Assembly (NCBI GenBank): GCA_050298595.1
Contig: JBNKUM010000075.1
Location: 29,597-93,596, forward strand
Direction: 5' to 3'
DNA length: 64,000 bases
DNA from: Gammaproteobacteria bacterium
Lineage (GTDB): Bacteria; Pseudomonadota; Gammaproteobacteria; GCA-001735895
Of the stretch, positions 54,136 through 62,645 are shown in pieces. Position 1 is the first letter of the stretch, and the number at the start of each line of letters is the position of its first letter. Under the pieces are notes generated by a model that saw only the letters and a program-made list of their open reading frames with translations, was not told the DNA's origin and made no database searches. The position numbers and the translations under genes were made by a program.

Positions 54136-54550
54136 GGACGTTATTTTCTGGGAAAAGCCGGGTTGCATTGGGAATGCGCAACAGAAAGCCGTATTACGAC
54201 AGTATGGATATAAGCTAGATGTCAGGGACCTGTTAACAACGCCCTGGACAGCTGAGCAGTTGCGACCATTCTTTGCCGATAAGTCCGTGAATGAGTGGTT
54301 TAATCAGTCTGCACCAGATGTTAAATCAGGAGTTATTAACACCGATGAATTGAGTGAAGCTGAAGCATTAGACATGATGCTGAAAACCCCCTTGCTGATT
54401 TGTAGACCTTTACTACAGGTAAACGAATTAAGGCAAAGCGGCTTTGTCGAGGGCGTGGTACTCAATCATTTGAATATCAGTTTGAAAACTAATGAAGACC
54501 TGCAATCCTGTCCCATGGCTGATGATGCACCCTGTGAGGTGAATACATGA
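54128..54550 (+). CDS. nifO: ArsC-like nitrogenase-associated protein
   Basis: FWEKPGCIGN..QK, PLLICRPL. Confidence 0.82.
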   Translation: MTEDVIFWEKPGCIGNAQQKAVLRQYGYKLDVRDLLTTPWTAEQLRPFFADKSVNEWFNQSAPDVKSGVINTDELSEAEALDMMLKTPLLICRPLLQVNELRQSGFVEGVVLNHLNISLKTNEDLQSCPMADDAPCEVNT

Positions 54551-55833
54551 ATCAGCAGATAGATGTATCAGCGCATCGCAATGCGGTTGAGATCGCTGAT
54601 GATGTCTACTGGATAGGCGCGCTCGATCCTACCCTGCGCAGTTTTGATATTATTCTACGCACCGCCAATGGAACCACCTATAACTCCTACCTGATCAGAG
54701 GTAGCGAAGGTGTCGCGATTATCGATACGGTAAAAGAGAAATTTAGTCAGGAGTTTTTTGCCAGACTCGAATCTGAAGTCGATTACAGTGAAATCAAGGT
54801 TATCGTTTTAAATCATCTGGAACCTGATCATACGGGTGCCCTGCCTGAATTAATGCGGCGTGCACCACAGGCGCAGCTATATATTTCACAACGTGCAACC
54901 AGCATGTTAAAAGCACTGCTAAAACCTGAGACTCAGGAGTTTGAATACAGCACGGTAAATACCGGTGACTCTGTAAGACTGGGTAACAGGACGCTGCAGT
55001 TTTTGCATACCCCATTTCTGCACTGGCCCGATACTCAATGTACCTATCTTGAAGAGGAGCATATATTATTTTCCGGTGATGTTTTTGGCTGCCATTACTG
55101 TGATAAAAGATTGTTTAACGATCGCGTCGGCGATTTTCGTTTTTCCTTTGATTACTACTACGCTCACATCATGCGTCCCTTTAAAAAGCATGTAATGGAT
55201 GCATTAAAGCTGATTGAGCCATTAAAGATTAAACAGATCGCTCCCACGCACGGACCGATACTGCGCGAACGGCCACGACGCTATATCACCCATTACCGGG
55301 AGCTATCCACATCCAGCCTGACACGGGAGATTGGATATAACGATGATAAATCAGTGATTATTTTTTATATGAGCTCTTACGGTAATACCGCAAAAATGGC
55401 CGATGAAATTAGCGAAGGAGCCAGCAGTATCGAGGGTGTTCGCGTATCACTATACGATCTCGAAGGCGGAGAGATTGACCCCTTTGTTGACCTGATAGAA
55501 GAAGCTGATGCCCTGTTGTTTGGCTCTCCAACCATTAATGGCGATGCAGTAAAACCGGTATGGGATTTATTATCATCACTGGCAGTGGTGAATCTGAAGG
55601 GAAAGATAGGTGCAGCATTTGGCTCCTACGGATGGAGTGGAGAAGCAGTGCAGATGATTGAAGACAGGATGAGTGGTCTAAAAATGACCATCCCTAAAAA
55701 AGGTCTACGAGTAAAATTAATTCCAACTAATGAAGAGCTGGGTGAATGTAGAGACTTCGGAAAATTTATCGCTGAGTTTCTAACGGGTAAATCGGGAGAA
55801 AATAAGGTAATAGATTTTGCAGATCTGGGATAA
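54547..55833 (+). CDS. fprA: Flavodiiron protein (class A, FprA)
   Basis: GTTYNSYLI, NHLEPDH, LHWPD, PTHG, flavodoxin domain with AFGSYGWSGEA. Confidence 0.92.
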   Translation: MNQQIDVSAHRNAVEIADDVYWIGALDPTLRSFDIILRTANGTTYNSYLIRGSEGVAIIDTVKEKFSQEFFARLESEVDYSEIKVIVLNHLEPDHTGALPELMRRAPQAQLYISQRATSMLKALLKPETQEFEYSTVNTGDSVRLGNRTLQFLHTPFLHWPDTQCTYLEEEHILFSGDVFGCHYCDKRLFNDRVGDFRFSFDYYYAHIMRPFKKHVMDALKLIEPLKIKQIAPTHGPILRERPRRYITHYRELSTSSLTREIGYNDDKSVIIFYMSSYGNTAKMADEISEGASSIEGVRVSLYDLEGGEIDPFVDLIEEADALLFGSPTINGDAVKPVWDLLSSLAVVNLKGKIGAAFGSYGWSGEAVQMIEDRMSGLKMTIPKKGLRVKLIPTNEELGECRDFGKFIAEFLTGKSGENKVIDFADLG

Positions 55834-55878
55834 GCAGTAATTTTTTTAACATTAAAATCAACTTTAAAGGTATAGGAA

Positions 55879-56163
55879 ATGGCGAAGGGTAAAATAACTT
55901 TTGAAGATATCGATCAAACCGTGAATGTACCTGCAGGTACGCGCGTGATCGAAGTATCAGAAAAAATAGGTGCAGGTATCATCTATGGTTGTCGTGAAGG
56001 TGATTGTGGTACCTGTATTATGGAAGTCACAGAAGGCTGGAATAACCTGACGACACCTTCAGTACTGGAAGAAAAAGTACTCAAGGAAAATATGGCTGGA
56101 CGTCATAACCGCCTTGCCTGTCAGGCTCAAATTTTAGGCGACTGCAAGGTGAAGCCAACCTGA
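55879..56163 (+). CDS. [2Fe-2S] ferredoxin
   Basis: CREGDCGTC..RLACQ. Confidence 0.9.
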   Translation: MAKGKITFEDIDQTVNVPAGTRVIEVSEKIGAGIIYGCREGDCGTCIMEVTEGWNNLTTPSVLEEKVLKENMAGRHNRLACQAQILGDCKVKPT

Positions 56164-56182
56164 TTGATAGGGAGAATGAATT

Positions 56183-56539
56183 ATGCCATTAGTGACATTT
56201 AGTAATCCTGAATACAAGGATAAAACCGTATATGCCGTTGCCGGTAGTTTTACCGATACCGTACTGAAAATTGCAAAAACCAATAAGATCCCTGTCAAAT
56301 TTGAATGTGGAGATGGGGAGTGCGGAAGCTGTGCCATAAAGGTCAAATATCTGAGTAACAATACGCCTATGGGTTATCATCTGGAAGAAAAGGAAAAAAC
56401 CGTATTAAGCGAACTGGGAAAAATCAGCAAAGAAGAAATGGAGCAAATGATCGTCGATGATTTGCCCAGTACATGGAGACTTGCTTGCCAGTTTATTCCT
56501 CGCGATGAAGACGTGTTGGTAGAATACGAGGCCATGTAA
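56183..56539 (+). CDS. FeSII/Shethna protein II-like [2Fe-2S] ferredoxin
   Basis: AVAG, FECGDGECGSC, EK.VL..LGK, DLP.T.RLACQ..DED.LVE recall Azotobacter FeSII. Confidence 0.78.
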   Translation: MPLVTFSNPEYKDKTVYAVAGSFTDTVLKIAKTNKIPVKFECGDGECGSCAIKVKYLSNNTPMGYHLEEKEKTVLSELGKISKEEMEQMIVDDLPSTWRLACQFIPRDEDVLVEYEAM

Positions 56540-56543
56540 TTTC

Positions 56544-57128
56544 ATGTTGAGATCGGTTAGTCAAGTGAGTCAGTTTATTACGCCAGAGCAAGTTTATGAA
56601 CGATTGATGCGCGCACGTCAGGGGCATGAAATTGAAGACACTCTGGCGCGTATGCTTGCCTCATGGACCTGTTGTGAAGGCGCATTACCCGACTGGCTGG
56701 GCCTAACAGAAGACAATTTCTTACGCATGATGCAAAAACATTTTCCATCCTTTGATCTATCTGAATTTAATAACCCTGGAATTCCTTTAGACCTGGATCG
56801 TATGGACGAGGTTGATGACCTTAGAAAGTTACTCCTGCAATCCTGTCCAGAAACTGATGAATCGAAGTTATGGATGCTGGATATTCTGATCGCTGGCTGT
56901 CTGGGTAACGATCACCTGTGGCAGGATCTTGGATTATGGGAACGTGCAGATCTAAGCAAATTGATGTTGCAAAATTTTGCACCATTGGCTGAAAGAAATG
57001 TTAAAGATATGAAGTGGAAAAAATTCCTCTATAAACAACTGTGTGAAGCAGAAGGGATTTACACCTGCCGAGCCCCTAGTTGTGAAGTCTGCGTCGATTA
57101 TGATGTCTGCTTTGGGCCAGAAGATTAA
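56544..57128 (+). CDS. nifQ: Molybdenum-processing protein
   Basis: DHLWQDLGL, NVKDMKWKKFLYKQLC, CRAPSCEVC..Y..CFG. Confidence 0.93.
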   Translation: MLRSVSQVSQFITPEQVYERLMRARQGHEIEDTLARMLASWTCCEGALPDWLGLTEDNFLRMMQKHFPSFDLSEFNNPGIPLDLDRMDEVDDLRKLLLQSCPETDESKLWMLDILIAGCLGNDHLWQDLGLWERADLSKLMLQNFAPLAERNVKDMKWKKFLYKQLCEAEGIYTCRAPSCEVCVDYDVCFGPED

Positions 57129-58017
57129 ACAGCAAAATTCAATATCAGTAAAACAGCGCGCAACAGGTGCGTATCTAGGCCTGGCAATCGGTGATGCACT
57201 GGGTGCAACCACTGAGTTTATGACACCGTCTGAAATAAGGCTCAAACATAAACAACATAATAAGATCATTGGTGGCGGGTGGTTAAATCTAAGGCCCGGC
57301 AAGGTCACTGATGACACAGAAATGACCCTCGCACTTGGTGAAACCATTATTCAAAACCAGGCAGTTATTGCTGAAAAAGTAGCGCAGTCATTCAGTGACT
57401 GGATGCGCAGCAAACCCGTCGATATCGGCCATACCGTAAGGCGCGGTATCATACAGTTTCGCAACAACGGTACAACTGAAGTCCCCGAAAATGAACACGA
57501 TGCCGGCAATGGCGCCTGCATGCGCTGTTTGCCAATTGCGCTTTATCACTGGAACAAACCGCTGGAGCAAATGCTACAGGCCAACAGAATTCAATCACAT
57601 GTTACACATCACAGCCCGGTAGCCGATGCAGGTACCGAAGCTGTATTGCAAATGATCACCTGTGCATTGAATGGCGGCAGCAAGACAGAGATGCAGCAGA
57701 TCGCAGATGCATTGGTAGATAAGCACAAAATCTATCGTTACGACCAGAAGCGGCAGGAAAACCCCAGCGGCTGGATCGTAGAAACCCTGAAGGTGGTATT
57801 CCAGGCGTTTTTCGAGAACCAGAGTTTTTATGACATTCTGGTTGATGTGGTGAATAGGGGCGGTGATGCCGATACTACCGGAGCAATAGCAGGGATGTTG
57901 GCTGGTGCCTGTTATGGGCTGGATGAGATTCCTGGACAGTGGTTAAAAGCGCTGGATAAGGAGGTTAGGGTGGATTGTGAGCGGCAGGCTTTGGGGTTGA
58001 TTGGGAGTCCTATATAA
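57100..58017 (+). CDS. draG: Dinitrogenase reductase-activating glycohydrolase
   Basis: GDALGATTEF, GGGWL, TDDTEM, AGNGACMR, NRGGDADTTGA; nif context. Confidence 0.9.
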   Translation: MMSALGQKIKQQNSISVKQRATGAYLGLAIGDALGATTEFMTPSEIRLKHKQHNKIIGGGWLNLRPGKVTDDTEMTLALGETIIQNQAVIAEKVAQSFSDWMRSKPVDIGHTVRRGIIQFRNNGTTEVPENEHDAGNGACMRCLPIALYHWNKPLEQMLQANRIQSHVTHHSPVADAGTEAVLQMITCALNGGSKTEMQQIADALVDKHKIYRYDQKRQENPSGWIVETLKVVFQAFFENQSFYDILVDVVNRGGDADTTGAIAGMLAGACYGLDEIPGQWLKALDKEVRVDCERQALGLIGSPI

Positions 58018-58023
58018 AATAAT

Positions 58024-58173
58024 GGAACCTCTGATTAATTCAGAGGTTCCTGCGGCACAGGGATGTACCGCCAAAATCGATGGCTGCAAGCCGTTGATTT
58101 TTTGAGAAAACTAAAATTGCACTTTTAGTTTTTCGTGCTCTGAGAATTCATGGATGAATTATTCAGAGCTTCC
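58024..58173. mobile_element. 150-bp MITE with terminal inverted repeats
   Basis: ggaacctctgattaattc ... gaattattcagagcttcc; no ORF; partial copies at 2554 and 34215. Confidence 0.8.
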
Positions 58174-58235
58174 ATAATATTTTTAGTTAATAAAATGTTG
58201 TTGATAGTCACTCCGAAGTTATAAAGGTGATTATT

Positions 58236-59614
58236 TTAAAGATCATTCAGAGGGCTTGAAGTCTTGCCATTAGAAAAATTAGCCAGATGAGTGTAAATCA
58301 TCGTGGTTGAAACATCGGCATGGCCGAGTAGCGATTGAATTGTACGAATATCCATGCCTTTTTCGAGTAAGTGGGTGGCGTAACTATGTCGGAAAGTATG
58401 GCAGGTAACGCGTTTATTAATTTTCAAATCACGAGCAGTTGTGCGTACACGTTTTTGAATAGTGCTCTCGTTAATATGATGTCTCTGGATAATGCCGGAT
58501 CGGGGGTCAACGGATAATTTTTTACTGGGGAAAACATACTGCCATACCCATTGCTTGTTAGATTTTGTGTATTTGTTTTGTAAGCCAGGCGGCATAAATA
58601 CGCTACTGTAACCGGTTTTCAGATCTTCATCATGCTGTTGTTTAATGCTAGTTAGGTGCGATTTTAATTGATCAATGAGCCGAGCAGGCAACGGAACAAC
58701 TCTCTCTTTGTTCCCTTTGTTTTCCCGTACAATAATCTGATTAAAGCCAAAATCTATATCATGTACTCTAAGCCTCATCGCCTCCATAATTCTTAAACCT
58801 GCACCATAAAGAAGAGAAACGACTATCCATTGTATGCCTTCCAGAGAATTTAGAATATCTCCCACCTCTTGTCGTGTGAGAATAACTGGCAGCTTTTGGC
58901 GCGGTTTGGCACGAATAAAGTTGCTGATATCGCCAAGCTCCCGCTTACGAACCTGTTTAAAATAGTAAGACAGCGCATTTAGTGCAGCACTCTGAGTGTT
59001 TGGGGCAACCTCGAGTTGAACCGCCAGATGTTCAATAAATGAAACGACATCTGAAGGGCTAATATCATCTACTTTTTTTTCTGGAATAAATCTGAAAAAC
59101 CTTGGGTTCAGTCGGTATAAGATTTTTCAGTACGTATACTGCTGTTCTTTCTACGTATTGCTATGCGGAGTTGATCAACCTAATTGTTGAAAGCTTCATT
59201 AACGGGCGTCTTTGGCTTATAGGTCAAATCTGACCTGCTAAGTTTGACGGGGTGCTGAGAGCGGTAATGAGTATCATGCTCTGGCGGAAGGTCAACACAG
59301 GAGGATTTCCAATACTGCCAGTCAATTTCCTTATATAGAGGCGCACGGATAGATAAGAATAAATAACTTAATGCATCGATGGCCTGTTTCTTTTGCCAGG
59401 AAGCCTTGTTGGATGAGTTGATCAGCTTTTCAAGAAAAGAAGATACTGACCGGCCGGTATGTTCTTTTAATCGAATTTCCTTACTATCCCGGATAAAAGC
59501 CTCACAATGACTCACATACCAGGAGTATAGATCAGACTTGATCTGGTACTCAGAAAGTTGAGATAAGTAATTGTTCCAGAAGTATTTTTCTTTTTCAGCC
59601 TGGTTCATTGACAA
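58236..59614 (-). pseudogene. intI: Integron integrase with N-terminal extension, inactivated
   Basis: YGAGLR, HTFRHSYATHLL, LGHADVSTTMIYTH and IntI patch WQYVFPS; TAG at 59180-59182, TGA at 59108-59110, frameshift near 59103. Confidence 0.92.
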
Positions 59615-59679
59615 CTCCTTTGTCGGTCGATTAGTATGGGTAATTTAAAATTAAGGATACCGAAATAGAAGGAATCCGT

Positions 59680-59722
59680 CTATATTCTAATAGTTCTGCT
59701 TCCTTCTATAAAAATGTTAGCT
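59680..59722 (+). other. Putative attI; crossover G/TTAGCT at 59716
   Basis: GTTAGCT is the exact complement of the AGCTAAC inverse core of attC1; lies between intI and the first cassette. Confidence 0.75.
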
Positions 59723-59741
59723 CTCAAAGCCGGAGAAGTCA

Positions 59742-60518
59742 TTGCAAGTTTGGATAAGAATCAGTTTTTATGGACTTCTGCTAATCACAGCAATGGTCGC
59801 ATATCTTAATTCTTCTATATCTTTATCTACGCTTCCCGAAAGCGACTGGAAAAATATCTTTTTTTCAACAATAAGCCTCATTTTCGCAATCGTAATATTT
59901 GACGGAACCATATACGCTTATGAATGGAAAAAGAAAGAGCGATCAAAACGAAGATTAAAACAAACTTTACGCCCAATATTCATAAAGATGCATGAACTGT
60001 GGTTCGGAATGGCGTATCACTCAATGAATCAAATAATGGGTGCCAACAAAGATGTCTTTTCGGAAGAGTATAAAATTGAAATATGCAAATACTTAGATTT
60101 GGAATGCGATGCCCCAGTATTAGGAAACGTGTCTTGGAGGGATTATCTATTTTCCAGTTTTGATACTTTTGAAAAAGAGCTGAACGAAATAAATGTATTG
60201 GCATTTACCATAGGCTGGGAAGATCTAGAAGATTCTATATCAAAATATTTGAATTCTGGATTCAACCAAAACATTCGAACCTATCTTTATTCAGCACGCT
60301 CTGTACCAGGTGGTCTGGTGAAACACCCCCACCTCAGAGTGTTTGGCCATCTGGGTAATACATGTTTCAGTGAGTACCTTGTATTCTTGGAAACGTTAAA
60401 CAGAATTCTTGGTTTGGATAACTTCGATTTCCACCAAGAAGAACGCTTGGAGCGCATTGGTGCAGCTAATGAATTTGGCAAATGCAGAATCCCTGCTACA
60501 CCAGTTAAGAATTTATGA
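59742..60518 (+). CDS. Integron cassette 1: hypothetical protein with two N-terminal TM segments
   Basis: AT-rich ORF between attI and attC1; ggaga RBS before TTG start. Confidence 0.75.
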   Translation: MQVWIRISFYGLLLITAMVAYLNSSISLSTLPESDWKNIFFSTISLIFAIVIFDGTIYAYEWKKKERSKRRLKQTLRPIFIKMHELWFGMAYHSMNQIMGANKDVFSEEYKIEICKYLDLECDAPVLGNVSWRDYLFSSFDTFEKELNEINVLAFTIGWEDLEDSISKYLNSGFNQNIRTYLYSARSVPGGLVKHPHLRVFGHLGNTCFSEYLVFLETLNRILGLDNFDFHQEERLERIGAANEFGKCRIPATPVKNL

Positions 60519-60542
60519 AGGCCAAGTTTATTAAGGCAAAAG

Positions 60543-60622
60543 AGCTAACAAGCGGGTCAAATACGCCCGCAAACTACGCGGGCTCGGACGCGCAAAAGAC
60601 GCGCGCCGTTTACCCTTATCGT
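60543..60622 (+). other. attC1, interrupted in its R' core (GT|TATAC, remainder at 62608-62612)
   Basis: AGCTAAC, gggtcaaa/tttaccc pairing with an extra C, GC-rich inner palindromes. Confidence 0.9.
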
Positions 60623-60734
60623 GTGTGCCGGGCATGGCACTTAACTAGAGAGGTGAAAGTCCTCTTACCAGGTATTCGCAGAGCCGAAGGTTAGTCAAAG
60701 GGCAAGGGCGTCATTGTGAGGTGGGGTCTGAAGG

Positions 60735-60783
60735 ACAGGTTTTTGCTCCTGCAAAACCTGCATTTCCACCATCCATGGTGGTC
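60735..60783. mobile_element. 49-bp two-hairpin mini-element (type A) in intron domain I
   Basis: Removal restores TCTGAAGG|AAG, as in IIC introns; near-identical copy at 62199. Confidence 0.85.
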
Positions 60784-60874
60784 AAGTCCAGGACAAAATC
60801 GCGGGGCGATGGACAAGAACCCAATATGAGGTGTGACGTATTCGGGGCCAGCGGGCACGTGACTGCTAAGCCCT

Positions 60875-60922
60875 CGGCTTTAGCCTCCTGCGTCGCACTA
60901 CCTCCTGCATCCATGCAGTCGT
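60875..60922. mobile_element. 48-bp two-hairpin mini-element (type B) in intron domain I
   Basis: 38/48 identical to 12602-12649, with a compensatory stem change. Confidence 0.8.
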
Positions 60923-61142
60923 CCATCTGCAAGCGGGATACGTTTTATAAATTGGGCGTTTACGCGATGAAAGTTAAGTGTCTTACCCCGGGAGGTCTGT
61001 ACTGTGTTGAAGGAGCAACTGACTATCGAGAGATCGATAGTGATCGCAGTACAGAAGTCAGCAGAAGGCATAATAGGTTGCACTCTCGCAACTTAAGGCC
61101 GGAACAAATCGAGGAGAGTACTCGTTGGAGAAGTATTACTAA

Positions 61143-62517
61143 ATGGCACCTGATAAGCAGATAACACTGCCTCTGGAAATTCCAGAGGGTGAATTGGTAA
61201 TGGGAGATTCAACTGAACCAAAATCCAGCTTTTGTTCATCATTACTTAATCGCATACTAGAGAGGAATAATCTAGTACGCGCGTTAAAACAGGTTCGTCG
61301 CAATAAAGGTGCTTCGGGTATCGACGGTATGAGCGTCAATGAACTACCTGATTTTCTCAAACAACACTGGCCCCAAATTCGGCAACAATTAATCGAAGGA
61401 ACCTATAGGCCAAAACCGGTTATGCGTGTCGAGATCCCCAAGCCAGATGGGCGTAGGCGAAAACTGGGCATACCAACTGCATTGGATTGACTGATCCAGC
61501 AGGCGATTGCACAGGTGCTGCAAGCAGAATGGGACGGTAACTTCCATGACAACAGTTATGGATTTCGCCCCAAACGCAATGCACACCAGGCACTCCAATA
61601 CGCGCAGGAAACGATCCGGCAAGGTAATCGCTGGGTCGTCGACTGTGATCTAGAAGCCTTCTTCGATAACGTGAACCATGATCTACTCATGACGCGTTTA
61701 AAAGACAGGCATCAAGACCCAAAGTTACTGAGATTAATCAACCGCTACCTCAAAGCGGGAGTCCAGATAGGCACTACGACAAAAGCCAGCATCCATGGCG
61801 TACCGCAGGGCGGCCCGCTGTCACCGATACTGTCTAACATCGTACTTAACCAACTGGACTGGGAACTCAATACCCGAGGGCACCGGTTCGTTCGCTATGC
61901 TGATGACTTTGTCGTATTCGTTAAAAGTCAGCAAGCAGGTGAGCGAGTCATGCATAGTCTACAGCGTTATATTGGGAATACACTCCGACTCAAAGTGAAC
62001 ACCCAAAAGAGTGCTGTAGACAGGCCCTGGAACAGAACCTTCCTCGGCTTTACGTTCAGCAGAAAGGGCTCGAAAATCAAGGTGAGTGATAAATCACTGA
62101 AGAAACTAAAAGCCACAGTCAGGCTGCTAAGCCGTCGAACGAGAGGCCATGCCTTATTACAGGTTATCGCAGACTTAAGAAAATCCCTGCTTGGTTGGAC
62201 AGGTTTATGCTCCTGCAAAACCTGCATTTCCACCATCCCGGGCGGTCAAAGCCTACTTCGATATAGCCGAAGTATTGAGTCCACTGCGAGATCTGGATAA
62301 ATGGATTCGACGACGATTGCGAAGTTACGTGTGGAAACAGTGGGGACGTAAAGGTTATAGGATGCTCAGGCGTCTGGGCGTAAAGCGGCAACTGGCCTGG
62401 AATACTGCCAAGTCAGCGCACGGCCCCTGGAGACTCAGCGCTAGTCCAGCACTTTACACTGCACTACCAAACAAGTACTTTAAGAACCTGGGGCTACCAG
62501 AGCTGGTAGCAAGATGA
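61143..62517 (+). pseudogene. Intron-encoded RT/maturase (no endonuclease domain), disrupted
   Basis: NKGASGIDG, IPKPDG..LGIPT, SYGFRP, GVPQGGPLSP, RYADD; TGA at 61488-61490 (ALD*LIQQA) and 49-bp insertion frameshift at 62199-62247. Confidence 0.92.
62199..62247. mobile_element. 49-bp mini-element (type A) in RT ORF
   Basis: Removal restores GGT TGG|AAA GCC TAC TTC (GWKAYF) and the reading frame. Confidence 0.9.
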
Positions 62518-62645
62518 ACACAAAGAGATTTGAACCGCCGTGGTACGTGATCCGTATGCCCGGTGGTGTGGGAGGAGGGGTGTCGTGAGGCATCCCCCTA
62601 TCCCGATTATACGGAATATTAGGACAAACCAACATTTGATATCTA

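Larger units (their letters stand above)
60623..62607 (+). mobile_element. Group IIC intron
   Basis: 5' GTGTGCCGGGCATGG; short domain V gaaccgccg..cggtggt with CGC triad; domain VI ending cctatcccgAT; RT ORF. Confidence 0.93.

Noticed and set aside
59615-59716. LexA box in the intI promoter region
   Set aside because: No CTGT-N8-ACAG seen on either strand.
60711-61164. ORFs 60721-61164 (+), 60711-60932 (-) and 60898-61083 (-)
   Set aside because: They overlap intron ribozyme domains I-III and the mini-elements; spurious.
61143-62517. RT as a retron, DGR or defence-associated RT paired with the TIR gene
   Set aside because: Full group II intron boundaries, domains V/VI and a maturase region are present; the TIR gene is a separate cassette.
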